From an uncultured Hippea sp. (GTDB taxonomy: Bacteria; Campylobacterota_A; Desulfurellia; JAADFJ01), in NCBI GenBank assembly GCA_913009315.1, contig CAJVZA010000001.1:332-64331 (forward strand): 64,000 nt of DNA, written 5' to 3'. The notes beneath the pieces are model-generated. The model saw nothing but the letters and a program-made list of their open reading frames with translations. It made no database searches and was not told where the DNA came from. The translations under genes were made by a program, and so were the position numbers. Shown in pieces: positions 1 to 8,946 of this stretch; position 1 is the first letter of the stretch; each line of letters opens with the position of its first letter.

Positions 1-691
1 AATGACAAATAGGAGTTTATCAACAGCTTCTACAATATACATTAATATCAACTGCCCTCTTTTTTAATTCATCTGATTCTTGAATCTCACTTTTAACTTT
101 TGTAAGTATGTTTGTTGTTGCCTGAGGGCTTACTCCAAAATAATTTCCTGTTTCAGAGTCTTTTCTGCCGGTTGCAATTTTTTTCTACTTTGAACACTTT
201 CTTGTTCTTTTCGCAGATCATGAGAGAATAATGAATAATAATCTGTCATTTTTTTGACAACTGATCTGTCAACCTTTTTTCCGCAAACAAACAGTTAAGC
301 GTATTTCTTTAATCCTCCCTATAATATTTTTTGGAGTGCAGCGGCTCAGTGCGGAGTGAATCCTGTTTGTATTATAACGGCACTCCATATATTCAGATAT
401 TGGTACGTATTCCCAATCAAACTCGGTAAGCTTTCCTTTTCCCGGGAGCTTGCTCGATGCAGATATCGTGAGTAAGAGCGCTTTATCCTTCCTGAATAAT
501 CAAATCCGTTACTTCCATTTTGAAAGAAACTATTATCGCGAGGGTGACCCAAAAACTTAAACCGCTGTCAGTTCAATTTATTGCAGCTTATGAGAGATAT
601 TTTTTGCATTTTTGCGAATTAATTTGCAAAGATGCGAGTGCTTTTGCACAGCTTAGCCTTATTCTTGTAGAGTTTTTTAAGGTACTACTCA

Positions 692-708
692 ATGGAACAA
701 CTATTGCT
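692..708 (+). promoter_or_regulatory. Putative sigma-54 (-24/-12) promoter, TGGAAC-N5-TTGCT, about 46 bp upstream of the first gene of the redox operon
   Basis: Read directly: TGGaacaactaTTGCT. The GG-N10-GC spacing matches the RpoN consensus TGGCAC-N5-TTGCA. A TTGCA-rich dyad (TGCAAAG-N9-CTTTTGCA) lies at about 623-648, which could be an enhancer site. An NtrC-type activator is encoded 6 kb downstream. Confidence 0.4.
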
Positions 709-753
709 TCTAATGCTAATGAAATAAAAAGAGGGAGAAAAGGAGGTTGGAAG

Positions 754-1080
754 ATGAAAACAAAAATGGCAGATAAGTTTAGCTACATAGGCGGAGGAAT
801 AGGTTTAACATTATTTGTAATTTTTGGTCTGCTGCCGGGTTCTTTTATGGGCGGAGCTCTTGGTCTAAGTTTAGTGGGAGCATTATTCGGTATGCCCGTA
901 GAACCCACTCTCTCATCAGGAATAATAGTCGGAGTGTTTATGCTTATCGGTATATTCATTAGCGGTCTGCTCTTTATATCTTTCTGTACATTGTTCGGAT
1001 GGTTGGTTGGTACGGCAGTGGACAGAATTGCGAGACCTAAAAAAAGTGAAAATGAAGTACACGACATTTTGCAGGTGTAA
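754..1080 (+). CDS. Small Gly-rich membrane protein (2-3 predicted TM helices), paralog A
   Basis: The track ORF is 520..1080. The internal ATG at 754 is preceded by AAGGAGG. Hydrophobic GxxxG-rich segments; the C-terminus (VHDILQV) resembles that of the next gene. Confidence 0.55.
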   Translation: MKTKMADKFSYIGGGIGLTLFVIFGLLPGSFMGGALGLSLVGALFGMPVEPTLSSGIIVGVFMLIGIFISGLLFISFCTLFGWLVGTAVDRIARPKKSENEVHDILQV

Positions 1081-1178
1081 TTACCTAACAAGGAGGTGTG
1101 GTATATGAAAAAGGTGAACATCATTTTGAAGAGCGGTTTGTATCTATTGAGAATGTCAAGAACAGGAGCAATTACAAA

Positions 1179-1520
1179 ATGAGGAGATCTAAAATGAAAC
1201 GAACATTTGCTAATAAAGGGCTTTATGTTGGAGCCGGCATAGGTATCAGCTTGTTTGCGCTGGTAGGGATTTTATCAGGATTAGCTATAGGAGGTGTTAT
1301 TGGCTTAAAACTTGCCGGGCTGCTATTTGGAATTCCTGTCAAATTCACACTATTTGCAAGAATTCTTATAGCTGTTTCGATGATTGCGGGCGTGATAGGT
1401 GCTGCAGCAGTCTTTATACTTGGTGCTGCCATCACAGGATGGATAGCGGGAAGTGTAGCGGATTCAATTCACAGTGAAAAGGCTGAAACGGTGGAAGATT
1501 TACAAGATGTTAAAGCGTAA
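1179..1520 (+). CDS. Small Gly-rich membrane protein, paralog B (tandem duplicate of 754..1080)
   Basis: Track ORF 1098..1520. AGGAGC RBS before ATG 1179; alternative start at 1194. Same architecture as paralog A (YVGAGIG..., C-terminal VEDLQDVKA). Confidence 0.55.
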   Translation: MRRSKMKRTFANKGLYVGAGIGISLFALVGILSGLAIGGVIGLKLAGLLFGIPVKFTLFARILIAVSMIAGVIGAAAVFILGAAITGWIAGSVADSIHSEKAETVEDLQDVKA

Positions 1521-1539
1521 AGCTATCGGGAGATAAAAA

Positions 1540-2814
1540 ATGGCAAAAACTAAAAAGGCGAAAGCAATATATATATGGGACGCAGTTCGTTCAATCAACG
1601 GATCGGTATTTCGTAATTTGCATGAAGATATTGATAGTTTACTCTCGGGCGGCAAGATTTACTTTTTTCTCTTAATAATGGGATTCTTAATGGTGTATGC
1701 GGCCGGAATGTTTGGTGTCAATGCAGTAAATATGGGATACAGAGAAGCGTACGGTCTTACCAGAGAAGCTTCATGGGGTCTGCTTATATCTACTTATATT
1801 TTCTTTGTTGTTACTTCTACGGGTCTTTGTATAGTTTCGTCTATAGGTCATGTTTTTGGAATAAAGCAATTTATGCCAATTGCCACAAGAGCTGTGTTTG
1901 TAAGCATTGTAACAATCTTTGCCGGTTTTTCTGTAATGTTATTCGATCTTGATGAACCGCTTCACATGATATACTACATGATTACTCCTAATTTAAGCTC
2001 AAATATCTGGTGGATGGGAGCTCTTTACGGTGCCTATCTGGTTTTTATGATATTAGAATTTATCTTTCTGCTGCTGAAAAAGCACAAACCTGCAGCATAT
2101 CTCGGCCTCACAGCTTTGATTTTCGGAATTTCGGCTCACAGCAATCTCGGTGCAATCTTTGGTATGCTTCACGGTAGAGATTTCTGGTATGGGCCGTATA
2201 TGCCAATATATTTTATAGCTTCTGCGATAATGTCAGGGTGCGCCGCCATTGTGATCTTTACGTGGCTTGGTTATAAAATAAATAACGAAAAGATAGATAA
2301 ACAAATGGAGAAGGCGCTTCAGTCTGTCGGCAAGCTGGCTGCATTGATGATTGCGATTCTTATCTTTTTTGAAATATGGAAGGTGCTTACCGGACTTGTA
2401 GGAGGTGAAGATAAAAGGCTTGCGATTTTTTCCATGCTTGATGGCCGTTATGCCTTCAACTTTTTAGTAATTGAAATTCTTATCGGCATGATAATTCCTT
2501 TTATTATATTGATCAAATCACGCTTTATGAATATGAACAAGCTCTTTTATGCCTCAATTTTGATGATAATCGGCATATTTTTTATGCGATACGATCTTGT
2601 AATGATTGGACAGGTAGTTCCGGTTCTTCACGGAATAAATGTAGAGGAATTTTCGGGATTGGTTAGTTATGTTCCCACGATATATGAAATTGCAATTTCC
2701 ATTGGAGGCTTAGGTATAGCAATTATTGCTTTTCTTTTTGGAGAAAAGGTTTTCAAGGGTCCTTTTAAAGGCCATAAATTCGGCATAGATCCATTAGAGA
2801 AGGTGTGGAAATGA
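1540..2814 (+). CDS. NrfD/PsrC-family polytopic membrane quinone-interacting subunit
   Basis: 424 aa with about 10 hydrophobic helices. Immediately followed by a Tat-exported 4Fe-4S subunit, the usual NrfCD/PsrBC pairing. Confidence 0.7.
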   Translation: MAKTKKAKAIYIWDAVRSINGSVFRNLHEDIDSLLSGGKIYFFLLIMGFLMVYAAGMFGVNAVNMGYREAYGLTREASWGLLISTYIFFVVTSTGLCIVSSIGHVFGIKQFMPIATRAVFVSIVTIFAGFSVMLFDLDEPLHMIYYMITPNLSSNIWWMGALYGAYLVFMILEFIFLLLKKHKPAAYLGLTALIFGISAHSNLGAIFGMLHGRDFWYGPYMPIYFIASAIMSGCAAIVIFTWLGYKINNEKIDKQMEKALQSVGKLAALMIAILIFFEIWKVLTGLVGGEDKRLAIFSMLDGRYAFNFLVIEILIGMIIPFIILIKSRFMNMNKLFYASILMIIGIFFMRYDLVMIGQVVPVLHGINVEEFSGLVSYVPTIYEIAISIGGLGIAIIAFLFGEKVFKGPFKGHKFGIDPLEKVWK

Positions 2815-3539
2815 TTACTAAAATGGAAAGAAGAGAGTTTTTGAAATTAGGTCTGGCAATAACCGGTGTTTCTGTCGGCGGAGGTTTTCTTTCGGTAGTT
2901 TCCAATTTGAAAGGGGCATTTGCCTCAACCGAAGAATATAGAAAAAAATATCCATATAAACCGCATTATACTATGCTTATTAGACAGAATAGATGCATAG
3001 ATTGCGGAGAGTGTATGAAAGAATGCGTGAAAACAAATAATGTACCCGGATACGGCTACAGGACCACCATTCTTGAGAGATATGAAAAAAACGCTATCGG
3101 ATTGAAAAGAGAATTTATACCTATGTTATGTATGCAGTGCAACAATCCGCCTTGTGTGCGTGCCTGCCCCGTTGAAGCAACTTATAAGGATAAAAGAACC
3201 GGCATTGTGAGGATGCACTATGAAAAATGTATAGGATGCAAGACTTGCATACTGGCATGTCCTTATGATGCCAGATACTTTAATGATGAAAGACATGCGA
3301 TAGACAAGTGCGACTTCTGTTTTGATGCACGACTTTCTAAAGGCATGAAGCTTCCTGCTTGTGCTAAAGTATGTCCTACAAAGGCAAGAGTTTTTGGTGA
3401 CCTTTCAAATCCCAATGATGAAGTTTTCAGAATTGTTCATCAGATGCAGAAGGCTGTGTGGGTACTCAGGCCGGAGGTCGGCACAAAACCCAATGTATTT
3501 TATACCACAAGCGATAGAGAGGTTTCAGATGAAAAATAA
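2811..3539 (+). CDS. Tat-exported 4x[4Fe-4S] ferredoxin subunit (NrfC/HybA/PsrB-like)
   Basis: RREFLK twin-arginine motif. Four Cys clusters (CIDCGECMKEC, CMQCNNPPCVRACP, CIGCKTCILACP, CDFC...CAKVCP). Track start is GTG 2805; ATG 2811 is preferred. Confidence 0.8.
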   Translation: MITKMERREFLKLGLAITGVSVGGGFLSVVSNLKGAFASTEEYRKKYPYKPHYTMLIRQNRCIDCGECMKECVKTNNVPGYGYRTTILERYEKNAIGLKREFIPMLCMQCNNPPCVRACPVEATYKDKRTGIVRMHYEKCIGCKTCILACPYDARYFNDERHAIDKCDFCFDARLSKGMKLPACAKVCPTKARVFGDLSNPNDEVFRIVHQMQKAVWVLRPEVGTKPNVFYTTSDREVSDEK

Positions 3540-4179
3540 GGTAATATTTATGAGTTTCGGTATTTTGATCTTTTTTTCAACATTTACGTATGCTGCAGGA
3601 AGAAAGATAGTTCCCGGAGACATAATATTTACAGCTCCTGTCAAATCTGTTATATTTAGCCACGAAATTCATGTAAATAAGGAGCATATTAGCTGTAATA
3701 TCTGTCATTCCACAATATTTAATACTAGAGCACTAAATCTTCAGAAAAACAAGAATTTTAATATGAAATCTTTTTGCAAAGGAAGGTACTGCGGAGTTTG
3801 CCATAATGGAAAGATCGCATTTTCAGTCAAGACACAGTGCGCGCGCTGTCATATTGGAGTAAGGGGATTTGAGCGATCGGATAGAGCTGTAAAGATTCCA
3901 AAAATGAGTAGTTTTATGCCTAAAAATGCTTTAAAATTCGGTACTGGAAACTTTGAAGCAGTATTTAGTCATAAAAAACATATAGGAGTTCACTGCAATA
4001 ATTGCCATACAAAAATATTTCCGTTTAAATATACTGTAGGCAGCATAACTATGAACGCAATTAAAAACGGACAATATTGCGGAAAATGTCACAACGGAAA
4101 AATTGCCTTTTCAGCAATAAACTGCCTGATATGCCACAGCAAGCTTTCTAAGCAAAACCGACATACCGCAAAACATTAG
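3529..4179 (+). CDS. Periplasmic hexaheme cytochrome c
   Basis: Signal peptide plus six CxxCH motifs (CNICH, CGVCH, CARCH, CNNCH, CGKCH, CLICH). The ATG at 3529 overlaps the upstream stop; the 3361 extension was rejected. Confidence 0.8.
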   Translation: MKNKVIFMSFGILIFFSTFTYAAGRKIVPGDIIFTAPVKSVIFSHEIHVNKEHISCNICHSTIFNTRALNLQKNKNFNMKSFCKGRYCGVCHNGKIAFSVKTQCARCHIGVRGFERSDRAVKIPKMSSFMPKNALKFGTGNFEAVFSHKKHIGVHCNNCHTKIFPFKYTVGSITMNAIKNGQYCGKCHNGKIAFSAINCLICHSKLSKQNRHTAKH

Positions 4180-4530
4180 AGGTGTATGCAATGGTAATAC
4201 TATTTTGTTATAGATTTTTCAGAAATTTGGTTCTTTTCCATCTAACATTGCGATTGTGATGATTAAAATTTTCCGTTGAGCGTTTTTTTAAAACATCTAT
4301 GGTAAGATTTCCGCTGCAGTTGTTCCGCATAAACTTATCCGGCCATTATTTCCAATTGCTGCACTTAAAACATTGAGTTATGCACCGGTTGTTTGAATGT
4401 AGATTTTTTTGTAAAGCGGAGTAAAGTGAAAAATATATAAAATGTGGTAGAATCTCTTTAGAGGACGGGTCAAATTATACAAAAGGTATGTCAATTTTTG
4501 ATACAGACTGCAGGTAAATAGAGGTACGTA

Positions 4531-6591
4531 ATGAAATTCAAGATAACCTTCATAGTATTTATTATCTTAGTTGTTAGTCTTATCATCACGCTTAATATAT
4601 TTTTTCAGAAAAGCTATGAAACAGAGATAGCAGGACAGGTTAATAGGCAGCAGCTCCTTATAGCTCGTGCTGTTTCAGGATCAATTAAAGATTTTATATT
4701 TCATACAGAAGACAAAGCAGTTGCCATTGCCAAGCTGATTGGACTGCGCGGAATAAACAGCAAAGGGCTGTGTAAATTTATTGGATATACCTTTGCTGAA
4801 CTTCACGAAGAAAGTCCTTTGGAAGTAACAGTATTCAGCAGCAAAGGAGATATCATTGGTTGCTCAAAAAATAGATTTGATGGTGTTAACATTACAAAAT
4901 TTTTAATGGCAAAGTTTCGTAGCCTAAAAAGTGGCGGGATACTTTTTCCTGATATGTTAAAGAGAAGCAAAAATTTATATCTTATCACCCCTATCGTGGA
5001 TAAAAGCGGCAAATTTGCCGGCGGCCTATTAATTAAAATAAGTATTCATGATATATCTAAAAGGTTTTTAAAGCCCGTAAAATCAGGGAGGCGCGGTTAT
5101 GCATGGATGATGAACGGTTATGGTACGCTTTTATATCATCCAACCAAGCCTGAAATGATTGGTAGAAATATATATAAGGCTGACAAATCATGCTATAAAT
5201 GCCATCAATCGTTCAAGACAGAGAAAGAGATATTAAAAACCAAGGATATTGGCTACAAGACATACATCACTCCTTACGGAGAAGATAAACTTGTTGCGTT
5301 CTCGAGAATAAAGGTTGTCCGGCCAAACTGGATAGTGTGTGTATCAATCCCATACTCTGAAGTTACTGAGAATATAAAGCAGAGCATGAAGTTTTATTCC
5401 ATCCTGATTATTTTTATTTTCTTTGTTACCGGCATAATTGCTCTTATTGTAATAATAATTAACCGAAAGAGAATAAAGGCAGAGGAAAAATCACTTTATA
5501 TGGATAAAGTTAAAAAACAGGCAAAAAAACTTGAAAGGTTAGTTTCCGAAAGAACAGTTGAGCTTAGCTCTGAGAAAGAAAAGCTTCATGCTCTCATAAG
5601 TTCAATTCGTGCAGGAATATGCATCTTTGATGATAGCAAAAAGATGATATGGCATAACAAAGTTATGAACGACTGGCTTTCAAAAGAAAGGATAAAAAAT
5701 TTTACTCTTGATTTTTTCAAAGACGGGAGAGATGTCTCAAAGAAAATTTATGATACAAGTTCCGGCAACAAACATGTGCAGGAAGTTTTATATCTCGATT
5801 TTGGCAATAAAGAGGGCTATTTTCAAATTTCAGCTACTCCTCTATATTTGCCTGATGAGCAGGCAATATTGCTTCTTATACAAGATATAACAGATCTCAA
5901 AAAGGCAGAAGAGCAGTTGATGCATTCTGAAAAGCTTGCTGCGTTGTCCAGACTTTCTATGGGTGTTGCGCATGAGATCGGTAATCCATTAACATCAATA
6001 TCGTCATATGTTCAGATACTTAAGAATATGGATCATAATGATTTCACAAAGGACGCGCTGGAAACCATATCTAAACAGATTCAACGAATTGCCACTATTG
6101 TCCTGAGAATGTCAGGTTTTTCAAAAAGCAAAACAGCAAAAATAAAATCCTTTGAAGTGAAAAAGCTCATTCAATCGACTATTGATATAACCAGGTACGA
6201 CAGAAGGACAAAGAAAATAGATATACAGATGAATATGCCTGATAACTTGCCGGAGGTATATATAGATGAAGATCAACTAACGCAGGTTTTTATGAATCTG
6301 ATACTTAATGCTGCCGATGCGATGCCCGAAGGCGGCAGCCTAATTATAACAGGGCAAAGTAATGATAAGGAGGTGAGCATATCCTTTAAGGATACCGGCC
6401 AGGGTATAGCCAAAAATCATTTGGAAAAAATATTTGAACCATTCTTTACTACAAAGGATAAAGGTACCGGCCTTGGTCTTGCAGTTAGTTATACTATAGT
6501 CAAGAATTATGGCGGCAGAATAGACGTTGAAAGTTCGCCCGATAAAGGAGCAAACTTCATTGTGAGGTTACCTATTTATGAAAGTAAATAA
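4531..6591 (+). CDS. Sensor histidine kinase with a periplasmic c-type heme-binding (CxxCH) sensor domain, PAS, HisKA and HATPase
   Basis: TM helices at about residues 5-25 and 290-312. CYKCH lies in the periplasmic region. H-box AHEIGNPL; C-terminal G-boxes. Confidence 0.8.
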   Translation: MKFKITFIVFIILVVSLIITLNIFFQKSYETEIAGQVNRQQLLIARAVSGSIKDFIFHTEDKAVAIAKLIGLRGINSKGLCKFIGYTFAELHEESPLEVTVFSSKGDIIGCSKNRFDGVNITKFLMAKFRSLKSGGILFPDMLKRSKNLYLITPIVDKSGKFAGGLLIKISIHDISKRFLKPVKSGRRGYAWMMNGYGTLLYHPTKPEMIGRNIYKADKSCYKCHQSFKTEKEILKTKDIGYKTYITPYGEDKLVAFSRIKVVRPNWIVCVSIPYSEVTENIKQSMKFYSILIIFIFFVTGIIALIVIIINRKRIKAEEKSLYMDKVKKQAKKLERLVSERTVELSSEKEKLHALISSIRAGICIFDDSKKMIWHNKVMNDWLSKERIKNFTLDFFKDGRDVSKKIYDTSSGNKHVQEVLYLDFGNKEGYFQISATPLYLPDEQAILLLIQDITDLKKAEEQLMHSEKLAALSRLSMGVAHEIGNPLTSISSYVQILKNMDHNDFTKDALETISKQIQRIATIVLRMSGFSKSKTAKIKSFEVKKLIQSTIDITRYDRRTKKIDIQMNMPDNLPEVYIDEDQLTQVFMNLILNAADAMPEGGSLIITGQSNDKEVSISFKDTGQGIAKNHLEKIFEPFFTTKDKGTGLGLAVSYTIVKNYGGRIDVESSPDKGANFIVRLPIYESK

Positions 6592-7954
6592 TAAATATAA
6601 CATACTTGTCGTAGATGATGAAAAGGATATTTGCAGAGCGCTTGATTTTTTGTTAAGCAGTGAAGGATATTCTGTTGATACAGCATTAAGCGGAGAAGTT
6701 GCCATAGAGAAAATAAAGGAAAAATGGTACGATCTTGTGCTAACTGATTTGAAAATGAACAGAATGGATGGGATAGGGCTGCTCAAAAAGGCCAAAGAAA
6801 TTTCACCGTCATTAATTGTAATAATAATGACTGCATACGCATCGGTAGATAACGCTGTAGAAACAATGAAAGTAGGAGCATCCGATTATATTGTAAAGCC
6901 GTTTGTCAATGAAGATGTTAAAATAAGAATAAAGAGATTGCTTGATCATAGGAGACTTTCGCTTGAGAATCAGGCATTAAGAAGGCAGCTCAGTCAGCAA
7001 TTAAGATGCAAGGAGTTTGTATATAAATCTCCCGAGATGATGAGTTTTTTTGATGCACTTGAAAAAGTGATTCCAACCAAGAGCAATATTCTGATTCTTG
7101 GAGAAAGCGGTACGGGTAAGGGAATGATAGCAGAGATAATTCATTACAATAGTCCCAGAAGAGATAAATCTTTCATATCCATAAACTGTTCTGCGATACC
7201 TGAAGGTTTGCTTGAAAGCGAGCTTTTTGGTTACAGGAAAGGTGCATTTACGGGAGCCAGTGTCAATAAGATTGGTCTTATTGCAATGGCTGACGGCGGA
7301 ACACTTTTTCTTGATGAGATTGGAGATATGCCCCTTACGGTGCAGGCAAAACTACTCAAAGTAATAGAAAGCGGAGATGTTATGCCGTTAGGCGACACAA
7401 AACCCAGAAGAGTTGATATAAGGGTAATCTCTGCTACAAATAAAAATATTGAAAAAATGATTAAAGAAGAGAAATTTAGAGAAGATCTTTATTATCGTCT
7501 AAATGTTATTGAGCTGAGCATACCTCTCTTAAGAGATAGAAAAACAGATATTCCCTTTCTTGTCCAGCATTTTATAGAGACATTCAACAGTGAAAACAAC
7601 AAGCACATAAAAGGTGTTGATAAAGAAACTATGGAGTTTCTGATGAATTATCCATGGTACGGCAACGTAAGGGAACTGAGAAATATTATTGAAAGAGCTG
7701 TAGTTTTATGCAATTCGGATATTATCAGCATTGAAGACATACCTCAAAAGTTAAGGAATAAAGATTTTCTCAATAGTGATTCATTAAGGGACCGTATTGG
7801 TTGTTACGAAAGGCAGATCATATTAGAAAAGCTAACAAGATACAACCATAACAAGGAAGATGTTGCGAAGGATCTTGATATTGACCTTGCCACACTTTAC
7901 AGAAAAATGAAAAAGCTTGGTATAGGAGAAAGAAAAGATCAAAAAAAGTACTAA
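6578..7954 (+). CDS. Sigma-54-dependent response regulator (NtrC family: REC, AAA+, Fis-type HTH)
   Basis: DDEKD/TDLKM receiver. GESGTGKG Walker A. GAFTGA motif. C-terminal HTH. Overlaps the kinase gene. Confidence 0.85.
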   Translation: MKVNNKYNILVVDDEKDICRALDFLLSSEGYSVDTALSGEVAIEKIKEKWYDLVLTDLKMNRMDGIGLLKKAKEISPSLIVIIMTAYASVDNAVETMKVGASDYIVKPFVNEDVKIRIKRLLDHRRLSLENQALRRQLSQQLRCKEFVYKSPEMMSFFDALEKVIPTKSNILILGESGTGKGMIAEIIHYNSPRRDKSFISINCSAIPEGLLESELFGYRKGAFTGASVNKIGLIAMADGGTLFLDEIGDMPLTVQAKLLKVIESGDVMPLGDTKPRRVDIRVISATNKNIEKMIKEEKFREDLYYRLNVIELSIPLLRDRKTDIPFLVQHFIETFNSENNKHIKGVDKETMEFLMNYPWYGNVRELRNIIERAVVLCNSDIISIEDIPQKLRNKDFLNSDSLRDRIGCYERQIILEKLTRYNHNKEDVAKDLDIDLATLYRKMKKLGIGERKDQKKY

Positions 7955-8274
7955 CTTGCGCCGATCCATTAACGTTATATTAGCAAAAGTTATTTTTTAG
8001 ATTTTCTTTTAAAGTGCAGCTTTCTGAATTTTGCTTCCGGTAGTTTGTGCTCTACCGGCGGAATCGGATTCTCAATTTGAAACGCCTGGAATTATATAGA
8101 ATTACCCTCGACTAATTCACATTTATGTTTGATACAATTTTGCCTTTGTTCCTGTATCTTTTTGGCAGTCAGCAATCGGACGAGAATTATAAATCTTTGA
8201 TTGTAAACTTTTTTGTTGAAATAATGCTGAATATGAGCATAATCATAATGTATCTTAAAATAAATTGGAGTGAT

Positions 8275-8946
8275 ATGAAACCTGTCATAGCAGTCGTCGA
8301 TGATGAGCCTGATATTTTGGAGCTACTTTCGATTACACTTACAAAAGCAAACTTTAAACCTGAGCTGTTTTCAAATGCAAACGATCTACTTGAATTTCTC
8401 ACAAAAGAGCATTGTGATCTCATCATTTTGGATATTAATCTTATTGATATGGATGGATATGAGATCTGTAAATTTTTAAAAAGAGATGATGTTTATAGCA
8501 CTATTCCGATTATTATGCTTAGCGCAAGAGGTGAGGAAATCGACAAGGTACTTGGTCTTGAGCTTGGTGCCGATGATTATATCACAAAACCGTTTTCGCC
8601 AAGAGAACTTACTGCAAGAATAAGGTCGGTTTTGAGAAGAGTCAAACATGAACCCGATAAACACAACAGACTTATCAGTATTGATGAAGATGCGTGTGAA
8701 ATTTATGTAAACGGGAAGTTAGTAGAACTGACAGCCACAGAATTCAAAATATTAACCATCTTAGCCAAGCGTGAGGGAGTAGTTTTCTCAAGAGAAATGA
8801 TTTTGGACGAGTTATGGGGCAATCAAAAAGCTGTTGTAGATAGAACGATTGATGTTCATATACGACATTTGAGAGAAAAGCTTGGTGAGGCGGGGAATAT
8901 GATTAAAAATGTGAGAGGTATAGGGTATAAGTTTGTCAATCGGTAG
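8275..8946 (+). CDS. phoB: Phosphate regulon response regulator PhoB (OmpR family)
   Basis: REC domain plus winged helix (IGYKFVNR). Sits upstream of phoR and pstSCAB-phoU. The ATG at 8275 follows GGAG; the track extension from 8125 was rejected. Confidence 0.8.
   Translation: MKPVIAVVDDEPDILELLSITLTKANFKPELFSNANDLLEFLTKEHCDLIILDINLIDMDGYEICKFLKRDDVYSTIPIIMLSARGEEIDKVLGLELGADDYITKPFSPRELTARIRSVLRRVKHEPDKHNRLISIDEDACEIYVNGKLVELTATEFKILTILAKREGVVFSREMILDELWGNQKAVVDRTIDVHIRHLREKLGEAGNMIKNVRGIGYKFVNR

Noticed and set aside
346-552. 68-aa minus-strand ORF, plus a possible frameshifted HU-like fragment at about 29-250
   Set aside because: No start context and no recognisable domain. The HU-like resemblance is weak and needs a frameshift. 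Left unannotated.
520-753. N-terminal extension of the first small membrane protein ORF
   Set aside because: No RBS at 520. A strong AAGGAGG precedes the ATG at 754. The extension overlaps the probable promoter and enhancer region.
3361-3528. Upstream extension of the cytochrome c ORF (GTG start inside the FeS gene)
   Set aside because: It lies wholly inside the FeS-protein gene in another frame. The signal peptide begins at Met 3529.
8125-8274. Long N-terminal extension of phoB
   Set aside because: The receiver domain starts at MKPVIAVVDDEP. The extension is AT-rich promoter DNA.
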